DNA of 64,000 nucleotides from Eledone cirrhosa (GCA_964016885.1 OZ024741.1:118606001-118670000), one strand, 5' to 3'. Counted from the stretch's first letter, positions 40,901 through 54,818 are shown. Numbers and translations are program-made. The notes: generated from the sequence alone by a model not told the origin.

Positions 40901-42775
40901 ATCTCTCTCCCCTCTCTCACACCACTCCACCTCTCTCTTCCATCTCTCACACCACTCCACCTCTCTCTTCCCTCTCTCACGCCACTTCACCTCTCTCTTC
41001 TCTCATCTCTCTCCTCTCTCTCAAACCACTCCACCTCTCTCTTCCCTCATCTCTCTCCCCTCTCTCACACCACTCCACCTCTCTCTTCTCTCATCTCTCT
41101 CCCCTCTCTCACACCACTCCACCTCTCTCTTCCCTCATCTCTCTCCCCTTTCTCACACCACTCCACCTCTCTCTTCCCTCCCTCACACCACTCCACCTCT
41201 CTCTTCATTCATCTCTCTCCCCTCTCTCACACCACTCCACCTCTCCCTTCCCTCATCTCTCTCCCCTCTCTCACGTCACTCCACCTCTCTCTTCCCTCTC
41301 TCACGCCACTCCACCTCTCTCTTCCCTCATCTCTCTCCCCTCTTTCACACCACTCCAACTCTCTCTTCTCTCATCTCCCTCCCCTCTCTCACGCCACTCC
41401 ACCTCTCTCTTCCCTCTCTCACGTCACTCCACCTCTCTCTTCCCTCATCTGTCTCCCCTCTCTCACACCGATCCACCTCTCTCTTCCCTCTATCACACCA
41501 CTCCACCTCTCTCTTCTCTCATCTCTCTCCCCTCTCTCACACAACTCCACCTCTCTCTGCCCTAATCTCTCTCCCCTCTCTCACGCCACTCTACCTCTCT
41601 CTTCCCTCTTTCACACCACTCCACCCCTCTCTTCCCTCATCTCTCTCCCCTCTCTCACACCACTCCACCCCTCTCTTCCCTCATTTCTCCCCCCTCTCCC
41701 CCTCTCTCACATCACTCCACCTCTGTCTTCCCTCTCTCACACCACTCCACCTCTCTCTTCTCTCATCTCTCTTCCCTCTCTCACACCACTCCACCTCTCT
41801 CTTCCCTCATCTCTGTCCCCTCTCTCACACCACTCCACCTCTCTCTTCCCTCATCTCTCTCCCCTCTCTCACACCACTCCACCTCTCTCTTCCCTCATCT
41901 ATCCCCCTCTCCCCCTCTCTCACATCACTCCACCTCTCTCTTCCCTCACCCCCTCTCTCACGCCACTCCACCTCTCTCTTCCCTCATCTCTCTCCCCTCT
42001 CTCACACCAATCCACCCCTCTCTTCCCTCATCTCTCTCCCCTCTCTCACACCACTCCACCTCTCACTTCCCTCATCTATCCCCCTCTCCCCCTGTCTCAC
42101 ATCTCTCCACCTCTCTCTTCCCTCATCCCCCTCTCTCACACCACGCCACCTCTCTCTCCCCTCTCTCACACCACTCCACCCCCCTCTTCCCTCATTTCTT
42201 CCCCCTCTCCCCCTCTCTCACACCGCGCCACCTCTCTCTCCCCTCTCTCACACCACTCCACCTCTCTCTTCTCTCATCTCTCTTCCCTCTCTCACACCAC
42301 TCCACCTCTCTCTTCCCTCATCTCTCTCCCCTCTCTCACACCACTCCACCTCTCTCTTCCCTCATCTCTCTCCCCTCTCTCACACCACTCCACCTCTCTC
42401 TTCCCTCATCTATCCCCCTCTCCCCCTCTCTCACATCACTCCACCTCTCTGTTCCCTCATCCCCCTCTCTCACAGCACGCCACCTCTCTCTCCCCTCTCT
42501 CACACCAATCCACCCCTCTCTTCCCTCATTTCTCCCACCTCTCCCCCTCTCTCACATCACTCCACCTCTCTCTTCCCTCACCCCCTCTCTCACACCACTC
42601 CACCTCTCTCTTCCCTCATCTCTCTCCCCTCTCTCACACCACTCCACCTCTCTCTTCCCTCATCTCTCTCCCCTCTCTCACACCACTCCACCTCTCTCTT
42701 CCCTCATCTCTCTCCCCTCTCTCACACCACTCCACCACTCTCTTCCCTCATCTCTCCTCCCCCTCTCACACCACG
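37945..42775. repeat. CT-rich minisatellite array of 44-bp and 30-bp units
   Basis: Units CACACCACTCCACCTCTCTCTTCCCTCATCTCTCTCCCCTCTCT and CACACCACTCCACCTCTCTCTTCCCTCTCT, interspersed. Confidence 0.95.
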
Positions 42776-42879
42776 TCTCATCTTCTCTCTCTCCTATCCC
42801 ACTCGCCACCTCTCCATTAAATTACAGGGCATAAACAGATACGCGGACTAAAATGAAAACACACACACGCGTGCAACAG

Positions 42880-44130
42880 TTCACTTACAAGCGAGACCAG
42901 CCAATCTCATGGATGTTATCCAACCATCTTACTCGGGGTCTACCCGGTTGGTTTTGCCCATAAAATCTATCCAGCGATTCTTTCTTGAGACATTCTAACC
43001 ACATACCCATAGTATCAGAATTCTTGAGACATTCTAACCACATACCCATAGTATCAGAATTCTTGAGACATTCTAACCACATACCCATAGTATCAGAATT
43101 CTTGAGACATTCTAACCACATACCCATTGTATCAGAATTCTTGAGACATTCTAACCACATACCCATAGTATCTTTCAATTCGGAGAAGTAGCGGCTCTAC
43201 CTGGAGTGACTCTGAGCTACGTACTCTATCGAGTAATGTTACTCCAAAGGTTCTTCGAAGGAATCCTATTTCAGCCGCTTGTATTCGTGATCATATTCTT
43301 TCGGTCATTACTCAAGATTCATGAACATAGGAAAGGTTTGGCACGAATACCGAATTTAAGATAACGAGTTTGGTTTTTACACTTACCTCCCTTCTTCTGA
43401 TTACCGAATGATGAAGCTAGTGCATTACTGCACCAGCTCCTGCAATTCTTGCACTTAATTCAACCTCCCGGCTTCCATCACTCGTGAACACGGCCCCAAG
43501 ATACTTGAACTTCTCCACCTGATTCAGTGGAACTCCATTTACATGTAGAGTGCACTGCGCAGGCTTCCTTGAGAGGATAAGTGTCTCGGTTTTCGCAGCA
43601 CTGATTTTCATTCCAACCTTGCAACACTCGGCATCAAACCTATCAAGTGCAAGTCGGAGATCACCTTCTATCGAGTTAAGTAAAATCATGTTGTCTGCAT
43701 ATTCCAGCCGACTGATTTTACACCTGCCAGTAGTGATACCACTTAGTACGCATCCTTGGTGGAATCCGTCTCCCACATTAAATGGTTTCGATTTAGTACC
43801 ATTTATCCGAACACAATCCTCTGGCATTCGTATAGAGACATCAGGGCAACAAGAAGTTAACTATCGATCCCATACTCTTGCAGAACCTTCCACATCAGAT
43901 GCCGTAGAACGCGGTCACATGCCGTTTTGAGGTCTACAAAACAAGAATTGGTAATACTACCACGAATTCTCGAAGATCTGCCGAGGTGGTTTGCTGTGCA
44001 GCGTCCTGAGCGAAAGCTAACCACCAGCTAGCTTGGATTCGACATTCTCCCTACATCACTTTGCCAGACATAGACTTTAACGGAGAGGCTTAACAAGGAG
44101 ATTCCTCTGTAATTGGAACAATCTCTCTTG
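42880..44130 (-). mobile_element. RTE (Rex3/Expander-like) LINE fragment
   Basis: GFHQGCVLS..LEYADNMILL..QVEKFKYLGAVFTSDG (RT motifs); GRPRVRWLDNI. Confidence 0.9.
42982..43172. repeat. 39-bp tandem repeat, about 4.9 copies, inside the RTE
   Basis: Unit TTCTTGAGACATTCTAACCACATACCCATAGTATCAGAA. Confidence 0.95.
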
Positions 44131-44964
44131 TCTGTATTTTTAATTATCTATATTTCTACTTTTCTTCTTTCTCTGATCCATAATTTTTGGTGGAGTCTTA
44201 GGCGTTTATTCGCCATCTTTAAAACCTGGCTGAGCCCATCTCCTTTTCAGTTTTTTTTTTGTGATGGAAGGTAATGAGAAGGAGATACGGAAGAAGAATC
44301 CATCCCTGAGCTGAAGTGATACTTTTTTTATCGACCTCGGAAGGTTAAAAGAGAAAGTTGACCCTGGCGAGATTTGAACTCAGAGCTGAGAGAGCTGGAA
44401 CGAATAATACAAATCATTCTAGCCGACGCCCTAACGTCTCTGTCAGTTCACCAACTAATATTTCTACTTTATGCGATGTATGAATACCTCTCTCATCCCT
44501 TTTAAATATAGTTTCGAATTTACAAAGTGTTTTAAAGTGAGACAAAATATTTTTTTTACTTGTTTTAAAGTTCGTTGTGAGTAAATAAAATAAAATAAAA
44601 ATAAATATATAAATAGATAACTAAAATAAAAATCGTTTAGGAACTATTGGTCCAGACGATATTTACATGTTCGAACGTCACAGTATTTTAGACGAAAATG
44701 AAACATTATTTTCTAGCATGTTTGATTAGGAAAAGTAAGTTGATATTAAGGGATGAAGATAATATGGGGTTAAATGTGAACAAACAAAGATGGAGATTGT
44801 CTGTTTTGTCTGAAAAACTGTAATAATTGTGATTAGATTCGTGTGATGTAGGCGGATCGTAGGACCTTTCAGCCAGAAACACACTTTGAACAAAACACAC
44901 TGCCCTGATAATTGGGTTAAAACACAGACATAGCTGAAATACAGACACAGGCACGCACACACAC

Positions 44965-45035
<71 letters not shown>

Positions 45036-45324
45036 TGTATGTGTGTGTGTGTGTAAGAAAGTAAAGTACTTCATGTGATAGGGAGGAAAGTTTATTATGT
45101 TAATCACAGAGTTCTAAAGATGAAACGGATATTACTAACAGCTTGAGAATGAGACGACCTTAAATTGATATGTAAGAGATATGTCACAGATACGCCTAGA
45201 AAAGCTCTGAGAGGGGACAGACATCATGTAGGCCACAGACTGAGAAAATAAGTATCTTTTCTAAGTATTTATCCAATTCAAACCAATTTATTTTTGCAGT
45301 TTGATAGCATGTAAATGTTAGTGG

Positions 45325-45625
45325 AAGGCGGCCAATTGGCAGAGTCGTTAGAAAGTCGGATAGAATGCTTTGTGGTATTCGTACCTGCTCTCTAAGTTCA
45401 AATCCCACCGAGGCCAACTTCACCTTTCGTCTTTTCGAGGTCGATAAAAAAAGTACCAATCTAGTACTGGAATCGATTCTCCCTCTATATCTCTTTCTCA
45501 TTTCCATTTCTCCCACTCTCTGTCTGCTGTGTTCAGACCCGTTAAGGATGGGCTCCGCCAGGCTTTAAAAAAAGTCCAAGAAACGCCGCATGTCACTATG
45601 GCGCTGCTACCGAGTTACGGGACTA
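45325..45625 (+). mobile_element. SINE family B
   Basis: Homologous to 1620-1950; a further minus-strand copy lies at 44200-44455. Confidence 0.8.
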
Positions 45626-45915
45626 AAAAAGAAAAACAAAGAAATGTTAGTGGAAGATGATTGACCTGATAAAGTATTCGCCTATTCTCTTGACCTTCGA
45701 CGTTATCTGTGCATGGTCAATTCAACTCGGAATTTATTTACGGCTACGTAAACATTGTAGTGAATGCCGTATAAGAAGCGAATCTAATGTGCAATAGCTG
45801 ACTATTAATTAAAACACTGTTCCCCCATGGGCCAGATATTGGAAATATTAGATATACAAATATATACGTAGCCGATCTCTTGGACTTTTACGAAGCGCTG
45901 AGAGGGTAAAATTAA

Positions 45916-46157
45916 TATAAATAGTAGTGTGCTCATGCGCGGAGATGCTATAAGATAGCTTATAAAATAGGCTGAAGACCCTTCGAGACGGAAAAAGAAG
46001 TTGTCTTTGGCCAAGTGACTAGCCGATATCTGGGAGATACGGGATTCGTTTCCTTGTAGCATCCGATGGCAAATTCTTTTTCCATATTTAAGGGTCTTCA
46101 CTTTATTTTATAAGTTACATTATAGCATCTCCGCGCATGAGCACACCACTCTTTATA
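45916..46157. mobile_element. Foldback/MITE-like element with about 60-bp arms
   Basis: GTGTGCTCATGCGCGGAGATGCTATAA...GAAGACCCTT and its reverse complement; one-arm copy at 55100-55200. Confidence 0.7.
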
Positions 46158-47069
46158 CTAACAGTATTATGTATAATTTATCTATGGCTACATGAACTTT
46201 GTATTGGTGAGTACCGTATAAGTAGCAAATCTAGTGTAATAACAGCTGATTCTAAGTTTAAAAAAACACTGTCCACCCATGGGTTAGAAATTGGCAACGT
46301 GAAAATTATGATTTATATCACCAAAGATATGCTGAAATCTATTTTCCTGCGATAATTGTGCGTGACCTAGTGAACTGACGCTAAGGTTGTGGGTTCAATT
46401 CCTGGACCAGGTGGCATGTGTTCTTGAGTAATTCACTTCATTTCACATGGTTTTTCATAATAGGACTCGGGTCCCTATCATTAAAAATCCCGAGAAACCC
46501 ATAAGATAAATTTCATCGGAGGCTAGCTAAACCTGCAAGCTTTTTATTTCATATATCTTCATAATAAAACGCAAGTGTCAACTGTCAGCCACTTACTGTT
46601 TTCAACCATTAAACTGCGTTGATGTTGGGGCACCAACATAAACGGCGTTTTAGTCGATCCCTGTACTAATATTTTCAATGCTGGTATTTATTTTATCGAT
46701 ATATAGAGAGTGAGAGAGTCTGGTAAAGATATATATAGAGGGGAAAAACGTAAAATACAGAGAAAGACAGATAGATATATAGAGATAGGTTAAGTTGATT
46801 TATATGTCGTAACAATTACATTTTTTGATAAATAACAGCATTCTCCCTGGGACGCACATTTCGAAAATGAAAACAAATTTTCCTCTAGGATGCACCGTTT
46901 CGGAGCCTTTGAAGGACATACTCATATACACACATACATTCTCATTTATAGTATATATATATATATGTATATATAGAGGAAGTACAGCATAATCGAAGCT
47001 CTGGCTGCAGCTAAGCTAACGAATGAAATCAGGATGTGCAGTTAATATATATATATATATATATATATA

Positions 47070-47248
47070 TACCGTACATGCCGGCATACAAGTCGATCCG
47101 GCGCATAGGTCGACCCCTAAAATTTTGAAGTGTAGTTCAGGTGAAGTAGCACACATACTTCCACAGTTCATATTCGGAGGACAAGTTGACCCTGGCTTTG
47201 AAAATATATTTTTAGGCTCCAAATGTCGACTTGTACGCCGGCATATAT

Positions 47249-47252
<4 letters not shown>
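47070..47252. mobile_element. pogo-like MITE in (TA)n
   Basis: TIRs TACCGTACATGCCGGCATACAAGTCGA / TCGACTTGTACGCCGGCATATATGGTA. Confidence 0.8.
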
Positions 47253-47296
<44 letters not shown>

Positions 47297-47342
47297 ATAT
47301 ATGCCGGCGTACAAGTTACATTTCTAATAATATATATATATA

Positions 47343-47455
47343 TATTATTAGAAATGTAAGCTATCGCCGTATTTTGACTAAAGAAATTATTTAGCCTGAT
47401 AGTGGGGTTAAGAACCCTCGGAGAAATAGAAAAAGATGAGTATTGACGTACATGT
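47343..47455 (+). mobile_element. About 110-bp interspersed repeat inserted in (TA)n
   Basis: Copies at 15279-15385 (+) and 61836-61945 (-, abutting the Neptune PLE). Confidence 0.75.
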
Positions 47456-47914
47456 ATATATATATATATATATATAGGTATGTATATATATATATATATG
47501 TATATAATTTAAATGTGACACTCTTTTTCTGATACATTAAGTTACGCCCCCTTCCAAATAAAATAATATGAACGACTACCACCACCACCACTAGTGTCAG
47601 CAGCAGCAGTATGATTTATATCCGGACCGGAACAACTTCATGTTTGCATAAGATATTGATAAAATAACACTCATATTATAACCCTTACCGCCTCAACCGT
47701 CACCACTTCTACTACCACCACCACCACCACCTGAACTCTATCATCACCATTATTACCATCATTGCTACAATCCTCCACGTAATCCATCATCACCACTACC
47801 ACCATTATCATCATAACCACCTATACAAAAAACAAAAAAACAAAAAAAAAACATGGTATAAAAATCCACGACATAACGGCTCTACAATTGGGTTGTCTAG
47901 TCAGTGCTGTGGAC

Positions 47915-48262
47915 GCAGGGTGACCTTAATGGTTAAGAAGTTCACTTCGCTATTATTAGGTCTCGGGTTCAATCCCACTACATGACTCCTTGGGCAAGTG
48001 TCATTTACCATAGTTTGGGGTTGATCCATGACTTGTGAGTGAAATTGGGTAGACAGAAACTGCTTGGAAGCCTGTAGGAGTGAATGTACCTGTAATTCAA
48101 AGGGCCAGTTTTGTCACACTGTCACACCGAATTTCCCTGAGAATTACGTTAAGGATACACGTGTTTATGGGAAACTCTGTCACTTACACGTTAATTTCAT
48201 GAACAGGCTGTGTCGTTGACGGAACAGCTAGAATACTCATCGTCGAAACCGGTGGAGTGTCA
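47915..48262 (+). mobile_element. SINE family C
   Basis: Head with GGTTCAATCCC B-box; related copies at 32578-32720 and 54962-55100. Confidence 0.75.
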
Positions 48263-48812
48263 ATTCCAAGCGATTTGGTATCTCTTCCTTTTCAGGTTGA
48301 TGCAAGTATTTGATAAAACATACAATCGTTGACTGAAAAATGGCGTCCATGTTGCAAAAAAAAAAAAAAATGATAGCAGCTGGTTTTCTTTTTTTTCTTT
48401 TCCCTTTCTTATTTTCTCAGTGTCAAACAACCGACGAAAGGAAATGGAGCATCATGGCGTATTTGTAAGTTTCCTGAAACAGAAGTAAGTTGGTTACTAT
48501 TTTTAGATCTGATGAACCAAATAGTCATCTGAAATTAAATTTCAGTTTGGTAATTACTTCAATACTATGTTCAGAGTATATTGATGATATCAATAACATC
48601 ATTTCCTCATTCATTATTAATAAAAAAAAAAGTCTTATGATCTAAGATATAAAACAACAAAAGAAACAAAAACAAAGAACAAAAAAACCCCCCAAAACAA
48701 ACAAACAAAAAACACTGATGTGGCAGGTTTTAGTCATTAAATTGCGGCTATGCTGGAGCACCACTTTAAAATCAATCATATCGACCCCAATACTAGTTTC
48801 TCAGTATATATG

Positions 48813-48853
<41 letters not shown>

Positions 48854-49543
48854 TCACTCACTCACTCACTCACACACTCACTCACACAATCACTCACTCA
48901 CAAACACACTCACACACTCACTCACACCCACACTCACTCACTCACTCACACACTCACTCACCACACACACACTCACACACACACATAGACACTCACTCAC
49001 TCACACACACACACACATAGACACTCACTCACTCACACACACACACACATACACACACACACACACTCACTCACACATACACTCACTCACTCACTCACTC
49101 TTTTATTATGGCTAAGTTGTGAGGCTTGTTATTCTGTACACCCACGGGAACATTAGACATCTTATCTGCTGATCCTGTGAGTGCGAGGTCGATAAAATAA
49201 GTACCAGTCAAATACTGGGATCAAATCTTTCTCTATATCTCTTTCTTACTTCCTTTCCCTTACACTCTTTCTCCTTCTCTGGAAGAAATCTGCTGATTTC
49301 AGACACTGGGAAAAGATGGGCTACGTCAATTTAATACATACATACATATATACAGGGTATCCCCTAAAAATGTATACACACTTCAACAGCAAAAAATGCA
49401 TCAAAATAAATTCTTTTTATATGCATTATTTAAATTATGTAAACAATTATGTTTGTAGATCATTTTAGTTTTGGGAAGGCTGTGCATTCAAATATATATT
49501 GCCTGTACAGGTAATTAAAGTGTGTATACATTTTTGGGACGCC

Positions 49544-49665
<122 letters not shown>

Positions 49666-49807
49666 GTATAGATGTCTACGTAAAACCGGAAGGATTACTG
49701 TCGGTTAAATATACACATATGTATTTCCTTTATATGCGGGTATATCCGAAATTTTTTTTAATACCTTATATAGACATTGGTCAGAGCCCACAACTAATGC
49801 CTAATTA

Positions 49808-52334
49808 CACCGTGTAAGATATTTTTTGTTCCTCGGTTCTAAGTATCATTTCCTGGTTTGTTATATCCCATTATTATAAAAAAAACACACTATTACTTAA
49901 TCAGAAGTTTGGGTTTGTGGTCAGGAGTTTGATATTTCGAAATTTTCATATTTTTCAAGAAAAAACACATTTTTAAAAGATTTATCAGTTCATATAATTA
50001 AATCAACAGCGTATATATTTATTTTATTACACAAGCTTATCAAAAGCAAGTAAGTGAAAACAAATAACACTTATAAAGCAACTTATACACGTCAGAAATG
50101 ACTGGATTTCCTGGATTTACGGTTGTAGTCCAGGTCGTATTCCCGCACTAACCCCCAGATATAGTCCCCCATCATTTTTTCATTGTAGTGGCCCTGGTAA
50201 CTTCGCTCTATCTCTTTCACATCTTGGTGGAATCGTTCGCCTTGTTCTTCTGAGTAGGCGCCCATATTGTACTTGAATTTTTCCAGGTGAACGTCCAGCA
50301 TATGGAGTTTAAGCGACATCCTGCATCCCATGGCGCCAAAAGCCTTCATCAGATCCTGCACCAGTTGCTGGTAGTTTTCAGCTCTGTAGTTGCCCAGGAA
50401 GCTCTTAACAACTGCCTGGAAACAGTTCCATGCTGTTCTCTCAATCCTATTGAGCTTATTGGAGAACTCGGTAGACTCAAACACCTTCTTTATCTGAGGT
50501 CCAACAAAAATTCCACCTTTGATTTTGGCCTCAGATAACTTGGGGAAGAACTCAAGAAGGTACTTAATATGCAGTGGCGGAATGAGCACAATCCTGGGAT
50601 CAACCAGTGGCTCCCAGTTCTTTCTTTTGTAGTGGTCAGAGGTGGCTCTGCTGTCCCAAAGGCAGAGGAAGCATTGGAATTTGGTAAAGCCTCCTTGGAG
50701 TCCAAGCAGGAAAGCCACCATCTTGAAGTCTCCAATGATTTCCCAATTGTACTGGTTGTATTGCAGAGCTTCCAAGAGGACTTTCACACTGTAGTAATCT
50801 TCCATCAGGCAGACTGAATGAGCTAGGGGTAGTGTCGGGAACTTGTTTCCATTGTGGAGGAGGACAGCCTTCAAACTTGTGGTGGAGCTGTCTATAAATA
50901 GCCGCTACTCCTTGGGCCCAAACGGCACCCCAATAACGTCAAACAGTCCAGGTACGCCAGGGCAGCAGCAGAGGCCATCCATAAGAGTGTAAAAGCCTGA
51001 GAAAGGTTCGTGTCGACTTCTCTGACTTGTCACCTACACTTCCTCCTTGACCAAGTTCCACTGCTTCATTCTGGAGACGAATAGCTCTGCATTGGACTTG
51101 GTCAGACCCACATCCCTGACCAAGTCATTGACTTCTTTTTGGTTTGGGAAGTGAGGAACTTTTTCTGGTACCTCAGGCAGGTAATCCAAGTCCTCAGCAT
51201 CCATCTCCTCCTCTTCATCAGAATACTTGTCTTGGACTTCATCTGGAGCAGGTGGCACTGGCACAGGATATTTGGAGCAGTGAGGAATTGGAGCAATTGA
51301 TAATGGAAGATCTGGATAATCTACATCAGCAGCATTCTTTCCTTTCCGCCACTTGCTAACATCCACCATGCAAAAAAAGCAGTTTGTGGCGTGGTCTGTT
51401 GGCTCTAACCAGACCCGTGGGCTGGAAAATTTCAGGGACCTTTTCTCACCTCGCAGCGACCCTTCCAGCGTCTTCTTACAGTGATCACAACAGTAGCGAG
51501 GGGCCAAGGGCTTGTCCTGGTCCCCAACTAGCATCCCGAAATACATCTGGTAGGCTTCACAAATCTTCCCCGACGTTTCAAAGGAGAATTTTTTGCTCAC
51601 CGCATATAAAACGGAAAGAGTCAGGGTGGTGCCGGCAGCCTCTTGAAGCCATTCTAAAAATATAGAAATACATGCAGTCAGAAAATACAGATCTTATAGA
51701 TCTGTAAGTATAAATAAAAACATGTTAAATGAACATACATATATAAAATAAGTCGGGAAATTCAGGCTAAAGTCATCAAATTTTGAAAACAAAAATTAAT
51801 ATTTAGCACCAAATTGCAGTGCAGTTCAATGAAAGAAATTTTTAATTACAAGTCTAATGTCATGATCGAAACCTAAAATACAAAATAAATTTTATATGCA
51901 ATACAAAATAAATATTGGAAAGGGAAATACATATTTAAATAATATAAAAGAACACTAATCATACTAATGAAAATTCGTGCTTAAAACACAACTTACCCTT
52001 TATTCAGGGTGCGAAAATCCAGTAATCCACTTTTTAACAATTTTATACTTTATTGCATTTTTATAATTTTCTTTAGGTATTACTCCTAATTTTATAATTT
52101 TAATTTAACCTGAAACATATATAAAAGAAATCATTTAACATAAGCAAATTAAACTTACATACAACGTAAAGTCCAGCATACAAATAATTCTAGTGAATAG
52201 CTTAGAATTTTTACAAACCCAAACTTTTAACTGTTTAATAGCATTTTTAAAAATTTATTTGGGACCTAAGTAACACAAAAAAAGTGATTACAAGCCAGGA
52301 ACAGAGAAAACATTTTTTTTTTTGTTACACGGTG
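49808..52334 (-). mobile_element. Chapaev3-like (CMC superfamily) DNA transposon, full length
   Basis: Termini CACCGTGTAA...TTACACGGTG with 3-bp TTA TSD; empty-site paralog near 55650. Confidence 0.8.
50092..51652 (-). pseudogene. Chapaev3-like transposase pseudogene
   Basis: MASRGCRHHPDSF.FICGE; YFGMLVGDQDKP.AP..CC..C; LFIDSS..SLKAVLLHNGN; GDFK; PPLHIK; SEEQGERFHQD; frameshifts, stop and internal deletions. Confidence 0.85.
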
Positions 52335-52736
52335 TTATTAGTGGTAGAACATTCTTATTCATTCAATATCTCGATTTCAAGAATTAAAATGGGTCTTATG
52401 AGGTTCACGTGTGTGCAGCGACGAGAGAATGAGATAGATAGATACAGAGAAAGAGAAGGGAGAGGGAGATAGAGAGAGGGGGAGGATCGTAATGCCAGGT
52501 TATTTCGCGCACACACGTATACAGACACACATACACGCACACAATCACTAAGCCGGCCTGTTTCTAAATACACACTTGTACACACACATATATTATTAGT
52601 AAAACATTAACATACTGATGGAGAATATATATACCCCAGTACGAGTTTCTCAATTTCCAAAGATCCTTTGAAAGGGTGAAAGTAGAGATTTAGTTTTAAA
52701 GCTTATAATCGGTGTAAACAATAAATTATATATATC

Positions 52737-54206
52737 ATCATCCTCATCATCATGTTCCGCAACTGGTGCAGCCAGTCGTTAGGTGCCACTCTAGATGCTT
52801 CCGCAGTCAGTCGTCACCACTGGTCTGTAATCTCAGTCATGCGTAGAAAGGTCTCTGTGTTGTGATAAGTCCAGCATTTGATGTTGTCAAACCAAGATTT
52901 TCTTTGTCTGCCTCCTTTTTGCCATCCCTCAGTTGTGCCCTGAAGAGTGGTTTTAGACAAGGCGTTGTGTCAGGTTACATAACCATACTAGGCAAGCTTC
53001 CATCTTTTCACCACCGCAAGGAGTGTTTTCTGTCTGCCAGCATATGTGTTAACTTGCTGTCTGACAAAGTTGTCTGTTTTGTGCTCCGTGTATGGGATGT
53101 GTAGCAACCTCCTGAAGCCCCTGTGCTCGAATGACTGGATTCTTCGTTTCATGTCAGCTGTGAGAGTCCAGCTCTCATACCCATACAAAAAAATTCGAAG
53201 TCACCAAGGGCTTGTATAATTTGAACTTCGTTGGAAAACTGATAGAGTAACTTTTCTATGATATTCAACTTTACCATGGCTGATGTGGCCAGGGCAAGTC
53301 TTGTCCGTATCTCCTTTTGAGATCTACCATCTTTGGTCAGTGGATCCTAGGTACTTGAAGGTGTTCACTTCTTCAAGTCTTCCTCCCTTCAGCATGATAT
53401 TAGTTGCTGTATTCTAATTATTACTAATAACCAGAATCTTGCTTTTTTCTGAGCTAATCTCCAGTCCGTATGTTCCTGATAATTTTTTCTATCTGGTTGT
53501 GAACTTTAGGGGTTCTGATTTATTCCTAACAGGTCAATGCCATCAGCAAATCGCAGGTTGGAAATAGGCCATCCTTTAATGGAAACAGAGATGTGGAAAT
53601 CTTGGTGTATCTCTTGCATAATGTTCTCTAGGAAAATGTTAAAAAGCGCTAGAGAAAGGAGACACTCGTCAATCTCCCACTGGTGTCCTGGAAAATTCGC
53701 CAATATTTATTATTCAGGAGAACTGCACTGTTTGAATTTTCATATAGTGCTTTAATTACTTGAATGAGATTGATATCAAAGTTATAATCCTTCACCTTTC
53801 ACAATTCCTCATGATAAACACTTAAACTCCGCCAGAACTACAGAACAATCAGCCTAATTAGCCACCCCAACAAACTACTGCTAAGCGTTCCTCTAAACCA
53901 ATCATGGGCAAGCCTTTTCGAGCAGTGGGCCGCATAGGATGTAGCTCATCATAAGGCGGGTCGCACTACTAAAAAAATTCAAGGCAATTTTGAAATTAGG
54001 CATGCCATTCAGAAAGCCGAACGGGCCACATGCGGCTCGTGGGCCGCAGTTGCCCATGACTGCTCTAAACAGTCTTAAGGGAAAGGCAGAAGAAGAGGCA
54101 GGATTCAGGTCCCAAAGCAACACAACAGAGCAGATATTGAACATCAGACTACTCACCTATAAACACCTGTAGCACTAATTTGATATCTATCATAACTTAG
54201 TTGACT
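52737..54206 (-). mobile_element. RTE LINE with inverted 5' segment
   Basis: Minus strand 52737-53820 has NLRFADGIDL, YGYESWTL and a (GAT)n tail; plus strand 53821-54206 has QNYRTISLISHP...AGFR..TTEQILNIR; TSD TATATATC. Confidence 0.85.
53899..54062. mobile_element. hAT (Charlie-type) MITE
   Basis: TIR CA(A/G)TCATGGGCAA; 8-bp TSD CTCTAAAC at 53891-53898 and 54063-54070. Confidence 0.9.
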
Positions 54207-54247
54207 TATATATCGGAAAAGAGATGTCTGTGTCCGTTTTCCATTTG

Positions 54248-54418
<171 letters not shown>

Positions 54419-54479
54419 GATAGAGAGATAGAGATAGATATATAGATATATAGAGATAGATATATAGATATATAGAGAT

Positions 54480-54562
<83 letters not shown>

Positions 54563-54565
54563 GTA

Positions 54566-54740
<175 letters not shown>

Positions 54741-54759
54741 GATAGAGAGAGAGAGAGAT

Positions 54760-54818
<59 letters not shown>

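Noticed and set aside
37445-42820. 1791-, 1360- and 988-aa ORFs
   Set aside because: All three frames are open only because the CT-rich satellite lacks stop codons, and 44-bp units are not codon-phased.
42982-43172. CRISPR-like 39-bp repeats
   Set aside because: No spacers, no cas genes, eukaryotic context, and the unit derives from the RTE ORF.
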